Below are positions 30,878-41,276 of a stretch of 64,000 bases of DNA, in pieces. Positions within the stretch are counted from its first letter, which is position 1, and every line of letters starts with the position of its first letter. This DNA comes from Dehalococcoidia bacterium (lineage in GTDB: Bacteria; Chloroflexota; Dehalococcoidia; Lucifugimonadales; UBA3495). Location of the stretch: NCBI GenBank assembly GCA_965204865.1, contig OZ242027.1, forward strand, positions 1,731,353 to 1,795,352, in the 5' to 3' direction. The notes under the pieces were generated by a model that saw nothing but the letters and a program-made list of their open reading frames with translations, did not search any database and was not told where the DNA came from. The position numbers and the translations under genes are program-made.

Positions 30878-33208
30878 CTAATACCCTATGGCCTCCAGAA
30901 TCCGGCCCGGGGTCATCGGCAGGTCGGTCAGCCGCGCCCCGGTAGCCCGGCTGATGGCGTTGGCGACGGCAGCCAGGGGCGGCACCAGCGGCACCTCGCC
31001 GGTGCCGCGCACGCCGTATGGGTGACCGGGGTTGGGCACCTCCACGATGACCGTGTCAATCATTGGCAGGTCCAACGCGGTGGGCATCCGGTAGTCGAGG
31101 AAGCTGGAGTTCAGCATCCGGCCCTCATCGTTGACGTAGTATTCCTCGTTCAACGCCCAGCCGATGCCCTGCACCACACCGCCCTGTATCTGGCCCTCGA
31201 CGTAGCTGGGATGTATGGCCCGCCCGGCGTCCTGCAAAGCGGTGTAGCGCAGGATGGTCACCTTGCCGGTGTCGGGGTCAACCTCCACATCCACGATGTG
31301 CAGCCCGAAGGCGTTGCCCACCCCGCCGGGGTTGACCGCCGCACGGCCCACGATGGGGCCGCCGGTGCCGTTCAGCCTGGGCGCCAGGGCCTGGAAGGTG
31401 ATGCTCAACTCCGGGTCCTGCCTGTGGGACAGGACGCCCTTGTCGTACTCAACATCCTCCGGGGAAACGTCCCAGATGCGGGCGGCCCGCTCGATCATCT
31501 GCCGCTTGATGTCCTGGGCAGCGTCGTGGCAGGCGGTGCCCATCTTGAAGGTGACGCCACTGCCGCCGGCGCCAGAGCTGTATCCAATGGAATCAGTATC
31601 CACCACCGACGGCTTGACCGTCTCCACCGGAATGCCCAGAACTTCGGCTACCTGCATAGCCATGGCGGCACGGGAGCCTCCGATGTCCGGCGACCCTTCG
31701 ACGAGGCTGACAGTCCCGTCAGGGTTTACGCTGGCGACGGCGCTGGCCGGGCCGGAGCTGTTGAACCACGCTCCGGCGGCCACGCCCCGGCCCCGGTTAG
31801 GCCCGGTAAACGGTTGCGCCAGATGCGGGTGTTCCTGCGCTGCCACCAGCGTTTCCACGAAACCTATCTTGCGGAAGACCGGGCCGGTCGGCTGGCGGCT
31901 GCCTTCCTTGGCGGCGTTGCGCAGCCGAAATTCCACCGGGTCCATGCCCAGTTGTTCGCAGATTTCGTCAATGACCGACTCGGCGGCGAAGGCTGCGGTG
32001 GGGGAACCGGGGGCGCGGTAGGCCGCCGCCTTCTGGGTGTTGACCACCACGTCTATGCCCTCGATGAAGCTGTTGGGAACTTCGTAGGGAGCGAGCATCG
32101 TGCGGCAGCCCGACGGCACCGGCGAGCCGGGGAATGCGCCCGCCTCGTAAACCAGGGTGCAGTCGGCGGCAACCAGCTTTCCCTCGCGGGTTGCGCCCAG
32201 CTTTACCCGGATGTGGCTGGCCGAGGTGGGGCCGGTTCCCTCGAACACTTCTCCGCGGGTCATGGCAATCTTCACCGGCTGTCCGCACTTGCGGGAGAGG
32301 GCCGCTACCACCGGCTCAAGATAGCAGCCGCCCTGTCCCTTGCCCCCGAACCCGCCGCCAATCTCCATGGGGATAATCTTGAGGCGGGACACATTGACGC
32401 CCAGGATGGCGGCGGTATGGTCGCGTAGGGCGAAGTGGCCTTGGCTGCTGGCCCAGATGGTCACCGAGCCGTCGGTGCTCCACTGCGCCGTCGCTGAGTG
32501 AGGTTCGATGTAGCCCTGATGCACCGGGCGGGTGTGAAACTCCCGCTCCACGATGACATCCGCCTCGGCAAACCCGGCATCCGGGTCGCCCAAGCGGAAC
32601 TCGAAGCGGTTGGACACGTTGCTGCCCCTTCGACTCTGCTCAGGATGCTCCGGATCGCCCCATCCGCCCTGCCGCAGGTTGGGGTTGGCCAGCGTGACCA
32701 GCCGGTCATGCAGAAGGGGAGCGTCGTCGCGCATGGCGTCGTCGGCGTTCAGCACCGGCGGCAAGACTTCGTAGTCAACCTCAAGAGCCGCCAGAGCCTC
32801 CTCCGCGACGCCCGCCGACGTTGCCGCAACCGCGGCGACCGCATGGCCGACGTATAGCGCCTTCTCCCGGGCCATAACATTGCGGCTGTAGAATCCGTAG
32901 TTGACCGTCGCGCCCTCTTCCTGGTCGGCTATCTCCGCTGAGACCTCGGGAAAGTCAGCCGAAGTGACGACAGCCTTGACGCCAGGGATGGCCAGAGCGC
33001 GGGTGGCGTCAATGCCCCGGATGACGGCGTGGGCGTGAGGACTGCGAAGGATTTTCCCTACCAGCCATCCGGGCGGATGGATGTCGGCGGCGTAGCGAGC
33101 GCGGCCCGTCACCTTGTCCGGCCCGTCGTGTCGGATGGGCCGGGTGCCGATGACGTCGAACTCGCCATCGCTCAGCACGATATTGGCCTGTTCAGTTGTC
33201 ATAAACAA
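30878..33208 (-). CDS. Xanthine dehydrogenase/aldehyde oxidase family molybdopterin-binding large subunit (CoxL-like)
   Basis: KVTGRARYAADI (a/b hammerhead), MEIGGGFGGKG, YVEGQIQGGVVQGIGWAL. Confidence 0.88.
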   Translation of the reverse strand: MFMTTEQANIVLSDGEFDVIGTRPIRHDGPDKVTGRARYAADIHPPGWLVGKILRSPHAHAVIRGIDATRALAIPGVKAVVTSADFPEVSAEIADQEEGATVNYGFYSRNVMAREKALYVGHAVAAVAATSAGVAEEALAALEVDYEVLPPVLNADDAMRDDAPLLHDRLVTLANPNLRQGGWGDPEHPEQSRRGSNVSNRFEFRLGDPDAGFAEADVIVEREFHTRPVHQGYIEPHSATAQWSTDGSVTIWASSQGHFALRDHTAAILGVNVSRLKIIPMEIGGGFGGKGQGGCYLEPVVAALSRKCGQPVKIAMTRGEVFEGTGPTSASHIRVKLGATREGKLVAADCTLVYEAGAFPGSPVPSGCRTMLAPYEVPNSFIEGIDVVVNTQKAAAYRAPGSPTAAFAAESVIDEICEQLGMDPVEFRLRNAAKEGSRQPTGPVFRKIGFVETLVAAQEHPHLAQPFTGPNRGRGVAAGAWFNSSGPASAVASVNPDGTVSLVEGSPDIGGSRAAMAMQVAEVLGIPVETVKPSVVDTDSIGYSSGAGGSGVTFKMGTACHDAAQDIKRQMIERAARIWDVSPEDVEYDKGVLSHRQDPELSITFQALAPRLNGTGGPIVGRAAVNPGGVGNAFGLHIVDVEVDPDTGKVTILRYTALQDAGRAIHPSYVEGQIQGGVVQGIGWALNEEYYVNDEGRMLNSSFLDYRMPTALDLPMIDTVIVEVPNPGHPYGVRGTGEVPLVPPLAAVANAISRATGARLTDLPMTPGRILEAIGY

Positions 33209-33265
33209 CCTCTCATTTTATTTTGCGATTGTTTACATAATTGTAAATGCTTGTGTTGTTACGTT

Positions 33266-33306
33266 TCACCCAGCCCTAACCCTCCCCTCGGGGGTAGGGG
33301 ATTTCC
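33266..33306 (+). repeat. REP-like hairpin repeat, family A variant
   Basis: TCACCCAGCCCTAACCCTCCCCTCGGGGGTAGGGGATTTCC in the spacer between the CoxL-like start and the SMP-30 stop. Confidence 0.7.
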
Positions 33307-33307
33307 G

Positions 33308-34204
33308 CTATGGCGGCCAGAGAATCCAGCCTCGCCGTCCGGTGTTGTTGACCCGGAACAGATGACCGCCGCGGGTGGTGACGTAGAGCGTGTCCAGCGC
33401 CCGCCCGCCGAAGGCGCAGTTGGTGGGCCAGTCGGCAGGAATCGGGTGTGTTTCGATAATACGGCCCGAGGGCGCGAACACGTGAATCAGCGGCCCAGGC
33501 CCAGCCTGTCGCCAGCCTCCGGCGGCTATGATGTTGCCGTCAACGTCCAGGCACATCCCGTCCAGCCCCCGGTGAACACCGCGAAAGTCGCGCCCGAACT
33601 CGTGCAGCACCAGCGGCTCCCCCAGGGAGTCGTCGGACTGGAGGGGATATGCCCGCAGGTCGCGGGTGCCTTCGTAGTCGCTCTGCACCACGTACAGCGT
33701 GCGCTCATCCTGGGAGAACAGGATGCCGTTGGGCGCCCAGGTGTCGAAGGTCATCCGATGCAGCGTCCAGCCGCCCTCGGCGTCCGGGTCCGGGTCGAGG
33801 CGCAGTACCGACGCATGGTCGAGCTCCCGCTCTTCCGGCGGAATCTGTCCGGCCGGGTCGGTGAACCAGATGCGCCCCTTGCGGTCAATGGCCAGGTCGT
33901 TGGGGCGGTTATGGGCCTTGCCGTCGAGCAGGTGGGGCAGGGGAGTGGCGGAGCCGTCGGCGTTGAAGCACAGGATGCGCCGCTCGCCGCCGGAGCAGCC
34001 GTAGAGGTTGCCTTGGGAGTCGAAATTCAGACCGTTGGTATTCTCAGTGCCGGTCGCCCACTCGGTGCACTCGCCGGTGTCGGGGTCATAGCGCATTATC
34101 CGGCTGTTGGGGATGTCGGTGAACAACAGGGCCTGTCCGTCCCACACCGGGCCTTCGGTGGTTCCCCCATAAGGGCCGGCCACCAACTGAAACTCCCAGC
34201 TCAT
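33308..34204 (-). CDS. SMP-30/gluconolactonase/LRE family protein
   Basis: 298 aa six-bladed-propeller-type protein. PNDLAIDRKGRIWFTDP, TNGLNFDSQGNLY, PDGMCLDVDGNI. Confidence 0.85.
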   Translation of the reverse strand: MSWEFQLVAGPYGGTTEGPVWDGQALLFTDIPNSRIMRYDPDTGECTEWATGTENTNGLNFDSQGNLYGCSGGERRILCFNADGSATPLPHLLDGKAHNRPNDLAIDRKGRIWFTDPAGQIPPEERELDHASVLRLDPDPDAEGGWTLHRMTFDTWAPNGILFSQDERTLYVVQSDYEGTRDLRAYPLQSDDSLGEPLVLHEFGRDFRGVHRGLDGMCLDVDGNIIAAGGWRQAGPGPLIHVFAPSGRIIETHPIPADWPTNCAFGGRALDTLYVTTRGGHLFRVNNTGRRGWILWPP

Positions 34205-34249
34205 ACAATCCCTCCTTTCCGGGTGCTTTCGGGGTGAGTCTCCTGTGTC

Positions 34250-35071
34250 TTATTCCACGAAACGCGCCCCGACGCTCCCCATTCTAGTGTAAGTGGCCTT
34301 AACATAGTCCCCCGGCTTGACCTCCACAGGTGTCACCATCGAACCGGATATGATGGTTTCCCCTGCTCGCAGGTAGTCGCCGAACTCCGCCAGCTTGTTG
34401 GCGAGCCACACGATGGGGTTGATGGGGTTGCCCATAACCTCGGCGCCGGTGCCGGAGCCGTGAAGCTGGCCGTTGTACTCCACGGTGACGCCCTCGTACT
34501 GCAAGTCCAGAGACTCCAGGCCGAATAGCCTGGAGCCTGCGACGATTCCGCCGTGGAGAGCATTATGGATGATGACGTCGGTGGCCTGGAGGCCATCCCC
34601 CTGCACCTTCAGGTCCACCAGTTCCAGGGCGGGCATTATGCCCCGAGTGGCCCGCATCACGTCCACGGGCGTAACCCCTGGTCCTCGAAGGTCGTCGCCC
34701 AGCACGAAGGCAACTTCGGCTTCTATATGCGGGGCGGCCAGGTTGCCGATTGGAACCTCTGTATCATTGGCATAGACGCACGGGCTGAGTATGTGTCCGT
34801 AGCACGGTTCATGAACTCCCAGATGGTCGCGGGCCGCCTTGGTAGTTAGGGCAACCTTGTGGCCCGCTACGGTTTCAGCCGGCTGCATCTGACAGAGGAA
34901 GTGGTATTGCGTATTGTAAGCGTCTACTTCCGCAAATTCCGTTACCGTCAAGGGAGTTGCCGCAACTCCTGTGCGAAAGCTGCGCTGCACGGATTGAAGA
35001 GCGGGCAAATCGGTGTTCCTGAAGGGCGGCTCAACGCCATAGAAAGTCAATTCGGCAGTTGTAATTTTCAT
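34250..35071 (-). CDS. 2-keto-4-pentenoate hydratase family (MhpD/HpcG-like, FAH fold)
   Basis: GHKVALTTKAARDHLGVHEPCYGHIL, EAEVAFVLG, ETIISGSM. Confidence 0.8.
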   Translation of the reverse strand: MKITTAELTFYGVEPPFRNTDLPALQSVQRSFRTGVAATPLTVTEFAEVDAYNTQYHFLCQMQPAETVAGHKVALTTKAARDHLGVHEPCYGHILSPCVYANDTEVPIGNLAAPHIEAEVAFVLGDDLRGPGVTPVDVMRATRGIMPALELVDLKVQGDGLQATDVIIHNALHGGIVAGSRLFGLESLDLQYEGVTVEYNGQLHGSGTGAEVMGNPINPIVWLANKLAEFGDYLRAGETIISGSMVTPVEVKPGDYVKATYTRMGSVGARFVE

Positions 35072-35258
35072 TTGAGTTTAGCGGCTCCAGTACGGTGAAT
35101 GAGGTGGTTCCGCACCCCCTTTCTCGCGCGTATTGTACACCCGGAAGCGGAACTGTCCGCTGCGGTTGCCCATCGTGTAACTTTAAGTATAATCAGCAAG
35201 GTAAAGGTCAAATGCAATCATTGGACGCCTACACCATCCAGACGATTAACCCAACTCA

Positions 35259-36992
35259 ATGAGGCTTGTTATGGCTGATAACGTAGACGCCATCGAATCG
35301 GCCAGCGGCATCAACCCCAACAGCACCATCGGCGATGTCCTGGACCGGCAGGTGGAGCGCTTCGCCGAGAGGGACGCGCTGGTCAACGTGGAGACGGGCG
35401 AGCGGTACACCTACGCGGAGTTCCGCGATGAGGTGGAGCGCGTGGCACGCGGGCTGATGGCCCTGGGCATTCAGCGCGGCCATCACGTGGGCATCTGGGC
35501 CACCAATTACAGCCAGTGGGTGCTGACCCAGTTCGCCACCGCCAAGATTGGCGCGGTGATGGTCAATGTGAACCCGGCCTATCGAACCCACGAGCTGGCG
35601 TATGTGCTGGAGCAATCGGAGGCCAACGCCCTCATCTTGATTGGCAGGTTTCGCAACTCCAACTATGCGGCGATGGTCAATGAAGTTGTCCCAGAGTTGA
35701 AGGACTCGAATCCAGGAGAACTGCGCAGTTCCCAATTCCCTTATCTGCGAAACATCATCTGCATCCCGCCCCACGGCGATGGCACGGGAGCGGAGACGCC
35801 CCCCGGTATGTGGTCTTGGGATGAAATGGTGGCGAAGCACTCCGAGGTCTCGCCGGCGCAGTTGGCGGCGCGGCAGGCCGAATGCCGCCCGGATGATCCC
35901 ATAAACATTCAATACACCTCCGGCACCACCGGCAATCCCAAGGGTGCGATGCTGACCCATCATAACCTGGTGTCCAATGGCCTTTACGTGGGCGACGCCA
36001 TCGAGCTTACCGAGAACGACCGGCTGTGCGTCCCGGTGCCTTTCTATCACTGTTTCGGTTGCGTGATGGGAAACCTGGGCTGCATTACCCACGGCTCGGC
36101 AATCATCATCGCTTCGGAGCACTTCGACCCGCTGAAGACCCTGCAAGCGCTGGAGCAGGAACGATGTACCGCTCTCTATGGCGTGCCCACCATGTTCATA
36201 GCGCAACTCGGCCACGCCGACTTCGACAGATTCGACGTGTCATCTCTCCGCACTGGCATCATGGCTGGCTCGCCTTGCCCCATCGAGGTGATGCGGCAGG
36301 TCATAGACCGCATGGGCGCTCACCAGATGACCATTGCCTACGGGCAGACCGAGCATTCTCCGGTCATCACTCAGACCCTGGTGTCGGACTCCATCGAGCG
36401 CCGGGTGTCCACGGTAGGCGCCGTGCTGCCGGGAGTTGAGGCCCGCATCGTAGACCCGGAGAGCGGGGAGATATTGGGGCCTGGTGTGCAGGGAGAGCTA
36501 CAGGCGCGAAGCTCAATGGTGATGCGGGGTTACTACAACATGCCCGAGGCCACCGCAGCAGCCATCGACGGCGAGGGCTGGCTGCATACGGGGGACCTGG
36601 CCGAGGTAGACGAGGACGGCTACTACAAGATTACAGGACGCCTCAAGGACATGATCATCCGGGGGGGCGAGAACGTCTATCCGCGCGAAATCGAGGAATT
36701 CCTCTACACCCATCCCAAGGTTTCCGACGTGCAGGTCATAGGCGTTCCGGACGAGCGATTCGGCGAGGAAGTGATGGCCTGGGTGATGCTGAGGCCGGGA
36801 GAATCGGCCGACGCCGAGGAAATCCGGGAGTTCTGCCAGGGCAGGATCGCCCATTTCAAGGTGCCCCGCTACGTAAAGGTCACCGAGGAGTTCCCGATGA
36901 CAGTGACTGGCAAAATCCAGAAGTTCCGTATGCGGGAGATGGCAGTGGAAGAACTGGGGCTGCAAGCAGCCAGCAAGATCGAAACGGCATAA
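35259..36992 (+). CDS. AMP-dependent acyl-CoA synthetase/ligase
   Basis: [56 protein letters not shown]. Alternative ATG at 35271. Confidence 0.9.
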   Translation: MRLVMADNVDAIESASGINPNSTIGDVLDRQVERFAERDALVNVETGERYTYAEFRDEVERVARGLMALGIQRGHHVGIWATNYSQWVLTQFATAKIGAVMVNVNPAYRTHELAYVLEQSEANALILIGRFRNSNYAAMVNEVVPELKDSNPGELRSSQFPYLRNIICIPPHGDGTGAETPPGMWSWDEMVAKHSEVSPAQLAARQAECRPDDPINIQYTSGTTGNPKGAMLTHHNLVSNGLYVGDAIELTENDRLCVPVPFYHCFGCVMGNLGCITHGSAIIIASEHFDPLKTLQALEQERCTALYGVPTMFIAQLGHADFDRFDVSSLRTGIMAGSPCPIEVMRQVIDRMGAHQMTIAYGQTEHSPVITQTLVSDSIERRVSTVGAVLPGVEARIVDPESGEILGPGVQGELQARSSMVMRGYYNMPEATAAAIDGEGWLHTGDLAEVDEDGYYKITGRLKDMIIRGGENVYPREIEEFLYTHPKVSDVQVIGVPDERFGEEVMAWVMLRPGESADAEEIREFCQGRIAHFKVPRYVKVTEEFPMTVTGKIQKFRMREMAVEELGLQAASKIETA

Positions 36993-37075
36993 AGTATCAG
37001 GGATTTAACACCGAGAGCGCAGAGAAACCACAAAAATCTCTGCGCTCTCTGAGCGCTCTCGGCGTTTAATACCCC

Positions 37076-38404
37076 CTAATTAGTACGGCCCACGACCCCC
37101 TGAACCAGCCAGTCAACTCCCTGTAGGTATTCGTCGGTGGCTGTTTCGCCCTCGGCGATGCGTATGTCGCCGTCCTGGTCATAGATGGGGCCGGTGAAGG
37201 GGGAGATGCTGCCGTCGCGCAGGCCCTCCACTGTGTCCAGCACCATATTTCGGGTCTCCTCGGGAACCGAGTTGCCGAAGGGGGCCAGCTTGGCCCAGCC
37301 CGCTTCGATTCCAGCCAGCTTGACCGAGCTTTGATACACGCCGGTGCGTATCTCGTGGATGACCTGGGCCATTATCGGCCCCCAGTTCCAGGTCGCCCCG
37401 GTTATCCAGTAGTTAGGAGCGGCGGCACTGGCGTCATAGTGAAAGCCGGTAACCCACACACCGGCCCGCTCCGCCGCTTCGATGACCGTCTTGGTGCAGT
37501 CCTGTTGCAGCGAGAGGACGTCCACCCCGGCATCGGTCATAGTCTTGACGGCGGTGACCTGCTTGCCTGGATCGCACCAGTCGCTGGTGAACACCACCGT
37601 AGTCTCCACGTCGGGGTTGACGGATTGGGCGCCGAGGTGGAAGGCGTTGATGTTAAGCAGGCTGGAAGGTATAGGGAAAGCGGCTATGAAGCCCAGCTTG
37701 TTGCTCTTGGTTGTTTTTCCGGCGGCTCGTCCCGCGGAGTATTCCAGTTGCCAGATGTTGGCGAAGAAAGAGCCGTAATTCTCGTAAATCTCCAGGTCCC
37801 CCAAGTGAAGGAACACAATCTCAGGGTGCTTTTCCAGTATGGCCTTGGTGGGGTCCGAGTAGCCGAAACTGGTGGGGATGACGATGGTGGCTCCGTCCCG
37901 GATCATCTGCTCGGCCACCGCCTGCACTTCGACGGTCTCAGGGATATTCTCGGCCCGGATAATTTCTACGTCGGGCAGGGTCTGCTCGACGTAGTCGGCC
38001 CCGGCGGCCGCAGCCTGGTTCCAGCCGAGGTCGCGCTGCGAACCAACGAAGATGATGCCTACTTTCAGCTTTTCCCCTTCAGCCAGCGGCTTTGCGGCAG
38101 CGGCGAACTCGCCGGTGGGACGGAAAGAACTGCCAGCCCGGCCTTCGTCGAAAACCTGGATGAAGTTCTGGGGCGAGCCGCCCCCCAAGAGTTCAGTGGC
38201 AGGAAGGGCGAGGTCAGGAACGAATCCTGGGGGAACGGCAGTGGCAGTCGGCGGAGGAGCCAGTGGAGGGGTTGTGGCGGTGGGATGGGCCTCGCCGCTA
38301 CAGGCCAGGAGGGAGAAAATCAGAACAGCCAGCGATGCCGTCAGGACCGCTGGAGTGGTTGGGAGCCTTAACTTGGTCAACAGTCCTGACAGCAAAGCAG
38401 ACAT
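37076..38404 (-). CDS. BMP-family (PnrA/Med-like) ABC transporter substrate-binding lipoprotein
   Basis: Signal peptide with FSLLAC lipobox, P/T/A-rich linker, KVGIIFVGSQRDLGWNQAAAAG core. Confidence 0.85.
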   Translation of the reverse strand: MSALLSGLLTKLRLPTTPAVLTASLAVLIFSLLACSGEAHPTATTPPLAPPPTATAVPPGFVPDLALPATELLGGGSPQNFIQVFDEGRAGSSFRPTGEFAAAAKPLAEGEKLKVGIIFVGSQRDLGWNQAAAAGADYVEQTLPDVEIIRAENIPETVEVQAVAEQMIRDGATIVIPTSFGYSDPTKAILEKHPEIVFLHLGDLEIYENYGSFFANIWQLEYSAGRAAGKTTKSNKLGFIAAFPIPSSLLNINAFHLGAQSVNPDVETTVVFTSDWCDPGKQVTAVKTMTDAGVDVLSLQQDCTKTVIEAAERAGVWVTGFHYDASAAAPNYWITGATWNWGPIMAQVIHEIRTGVYQSSVKLAGIEAGWAKLAPFGNSVPEETRNMVLDTVEGLRDGSISPFTGPIYDQDGDIRIAEGETATDEYLQGVDWLVQGVVGRTN

Positions 38405-38416
38405 TCCTTCAGTAAT

Positions 38417-38812
38417 TTAGTCGGCGGTGACTTCGGCGTACCACTCTGTCGTTTCCTGACCGGGCTCGGGCAGTACCTGGCCGCCTTCCATGGCCCACGA
38501 TGCTGGGGTTTCCCCTATGCGTCCGCTGATGTCGTCACGGGGCACGCCGGTATTGGCGACAAAGCAGTCCAGCAGGTCGTTCAGCAGCTTGTCTTTCACT
38601 TCCTGCGGTCGCCCGGCCCGGTTGATGGCGTCCAGATAGTACCGCGTGGGATAGGCAGACTCGCCTTCCGGCTGCTCGTCAAAGAACACGTGGACGAAGT
38701 GGCGCGGAGCAAGAGTCTGGCCGCAATGGACGTCCGTAACATCAACCGCGATCTTCTCGCGCTGCTCAAAGGGGACGGAGTCCGTGGGAACCTTAAAGCG
38801 ATAGATAGGCAT
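38417..38812 (-). CDS. Tautomerase-superfamily protein (4-oxalocrotonate tautomerase-like, long form) with Pro-1
   Basis: Begins MPIYRFKV (catalytic Pro after Met removal). 131 aa beta-alpha-beta-type pattern. Family call from memory. Confidence 0.6.
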   Translation of the reverse strand: MPIYRFKVPTDSVPFEQREKIAVDVTDVHCGQTLAPRHFVHVFFDEQPEGESAYPTRYYLDAINRAGRPQEVKDKLLNDLLDCFVANTGVPRDDISGRIGETPASWAMEGGQVLPEPGQETTEWYAEVTAD

Positions 38813-38842
38813 GACCTCTCTCCTGTTTGGTTTTTGGCTGGC

Positions 38843-39184
38843 TTATTCCTGGTAGTTGCGATAGCTGGCGTCCGCGGCCCCAACCACCAGTTCGGCGGTG
38901 GTCTGGCCGGTCACTTCCATCCACATATCCTGGACTGCCTGCATGAACTCGACTCGTTTCTCTTGGGAAAAGCCGTCGGGTATCCGGCTTCTGACCGAGG
39001 ATGAGGTGGAGAGTTCTCCCCCGCGGAATCCGAACCCGCGGGGAATGACCTCGTAGCTCACGGTGATGTCATCCGGGGCAACTCCGAGCACCGCGGCACC
39101 GATTTGGACCAGCCGAATGTTCAGGACTTCGCGCTGCTCGTCCGAAATTACCCCTTCCTGTATCGTGCAACTGTAAATAATCAC
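38843..39184 (-). CDS. Tautomerase-fold-like paralogue lacking Pro-1
   Basis: Begins MIIYSCTIQEGVISDEQREVL, parallel to the neighbour but without Pro-1. 113 aa. Confidence 0.45.
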   Translation of the reverse strand: MIIYSCTIQEGVISDEQREVLNIRLVQIGAAVLGVAPDDITVSYEVIPRGFGFRGGELSTSSSVRSRIPDGFSQEKRVEFMQAVQDMWMEVTGQTTAELVVGAADASYRNYQE

Positions 39185-39274
39185 CGTATCCTCTCAGGCG
39201 GGCATTATCGCCGTATAAATTACCGCAGCCTCGCCAAGTTTGCAACGGGCGTCCTGTTTATTGTTAGGCTCCTC

Positions 39275-40195
39275 TCACCCTGTTCGCAGGATTCCTTTCA
39301 GACCCTCCGGCATAGCCCGGTCGGCTGCGCCGGTCCAGATGGCCAGCACGCCCAGCGTCAGCACGTAGGGCATCATATCCAGCAGGAAAGGCGACACCGG
39401 AGCGCCCAGGGCTTGCAGTTGCAGTTGCAGCCCGACGGCGCCGCCGAAGATGAACGCCCCAACCATACCGCGCAGGGGTGACCATAGCCCGAATATGACC
39501 AGGGCGACGGCAATAAACCCCCGCCCCGCGGTCATGCCCTCCGACCAGGTGTGAGTCAGGCCAACCGATAGCTGCGCCCCGCCCAGCCCGGCCAGCGCGC
39601 CGCCCAGGATGATGGCCGTCAGTTGCAGCGCTGCCGGGTTTCGCCCTGCGGCAAAGGCCACTGCCGCATTCTCGCCCACGGCCCGCAGGCTCAGCCCCCA
39701 GCGGGTGTATTGCAGCACGAACCAGATGAGAGGGCCGAGTCCGTAGGATACATAGGCCAGTATGTCCTGCCGGAACAGTGCTTCCCCTAATACCGGGATG
39801 TCCGCCAGGCCGGGAATGGCGACGGGGTTGAATCCGTCTATGATGCTGTCCACGTAGTCCCGGCCCACGTAGGCGGTGACCCCGCCAGCAAAGAGGGTGA
39901 GAGCCAGCCCCGTCGCCAACTGATTGGTGTCGCGGAATATGACCAGACCGGCTTGAATGGAGGCCAGCAGCCCTCCGGCGGCCATGCCTGCCAGCGCTCC
40001 CAGACCGGCCGAGCCGGTTTCAGCAGTGGTCAGGAAGCCGAAGCAGGCTCCCATTAGCAGGCAGCCCTCCATACCCAGGTTGATACGGCCCGCCCGCTCG
40101 GTAATCAACTCGCCATAGACCGCGTACAGCACTGATACACCGGGGCCTACTGCCCCGGTCAGCGTTCCGCTTACCACCAGCCAGAAGGTACTCAT
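39275..40195 (-). CDS. ABC transporter permease (BMP/nucleoside-sugar type)
   Basis: 306 aa, highly hydrophobic multi-TM protein. 4-nt overlap with the upstream permease. Confidence 0.85.
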   Translation of the reverse strand: MSTFWLVVSGTLTGAVGPGVSVLYAVYGELITERAGRINLGMEGCLLMGACFGFLTTAETGSAGLGALAGMAAGGLLASIQAGLVIFRDTNQLATGLALTLFAGGVTAYVGRDYVDSIIDGFNPVAIPGLADIPVLGEALFRQDILAYVSYGLGPLIWFVLQYTRWGLSLRAVGENAAVAFAAGRNPAALQLTAIILGGALAGLGGAQLSVGLTHTWSEGMTAGRGFIAVALVIFGLWSPLRGMVGAFIFGGAVGLQLQLQALGAPVSPFLLDMMPYVLTLGVLAIWTGAADRAMPEGLKGILRTG

Positions 40196-41271
40196 AGCGC
40201 CTGCCGCTCCACCCGCCGCAGTCCCAGCACGAAGAACAGGGCCAGCCCTATCAGCACCAGTCCGGCAGCGGAGGGCAGCCCGACGCTTAGCTGCAATACG
40301 TCACCAGCAACCAGGAACACGGCTATCAGAAAGCAGGCCGCGACGATGACCACCGGGTTATGCCCGGCCAGCCAGCTTGCCAGCAGGCCCAGGTAGCCCA
40401 GATTGTCGGAGATTCCGGGGCGCAGGTCGTGGTGAATGCCCGACACTTCCACCATTCCGGCCAGCCCGGCCAGCCCGCCCCCGGCGATCATTGCCGTGAC
40501 GATGTACTTGTCTACCGCGATGCCCCGCCGACGAGCGGCATCCGGGTTGCCGCCCACTGCCCGCATCTTGAATCCCCAGACGGTATAGCTGAGTATTAAG
40601 TAACAGACGACGAAGGCAATCACCGGAGCCACGAAACCCCAGTGAAACCGGGTTCCGGCGATGGCCGGGAAGATTGCCGCGACCTCGAAGGGCGCAGTGT
40701 AGGGATAGCCCAGGCCATGAGGATTCTTCCAAGGACCGAACACGAACACGTTGACCAACAGGATGGCGATGTAATTGGCCAACAGTGTTGATATGACCTC
40801 ATTGACGCTCCGCCAATGGCGCAGCACGGCTGCGATAGCCGCCCACAGCCCGCCGCCAAGGCAGCCCGCGAGGGCCATCACTGGCAACATCAGCCAAATG
40901 TGCCCCGTGGGAAAGAACAGCGCAATCCCGGTGGCGGTCAACGCACCGATGTACAGTTGGCCCTCGCCACCTACGTTGACCAAACCGACACGGGTGGGTA
41001 CGGCTGTGGCCAGGGCTGTCAGCACCAGCGGTATCATCGTCACCCCAACCTCGCTGAGGCCGAAGGAGCTTCCTATAACGCCGTCCCACGCTTCCAGGAG
41101 GGCATCAACCGGATCGCGCCCGGAAACGAGCAGAAGAACGGCAAAGACAGCCAGGGCCAGGGCCACGCCTACGGCTGCACGGGAAGCGGGCTGACCGAAG
41201 AAATCGTCGCCAAGCCGTTGCAACGAGGGCATAGCGGGACGGAGTTTGAGAAAGTGGCTTAGAGGGTTCAT
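40192..41271 (-). CDS. ABC transporter permease (BMP/nucleoside-sugar type)
   Basis: 359 aa multi-TM protein, immediately downstream of the ATPase. Confidence 0.85.
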   Translation of the reverse strand: MNPLSHFLKLRPAMPSLQRLGDDFFGQPASRAAVGVALALAVFAVLLLVSGRDPVDALLEAWDGVIGSSFGLSEVGVTMIPLVLTALATAVPTRVGLVNVGGEGQLYIGALTATGIALFFPTGHIWLMLPVMALAGCLGGGLWAAIAAVLRHWRSVNEVISTLLANYIAILLVNVFVFGPWKNPHGLGYPYTAPFEVAAIFPAIAGTRFHWGFVAPVIAFVVCYLILSYTVWGFKMRAVGGNPDAARRRGIAVDKYIVTAMIAGGGLAGLAGMVEVSGIHHDLRPGISDNLGYLGLLASWLAGHNPVVIVAACFLIAVFLVAGDVLQLSVGLPSAAGLVLIGLALFFVLGLRRVERQAL

Positions 41272-41276
41272 GGCGA

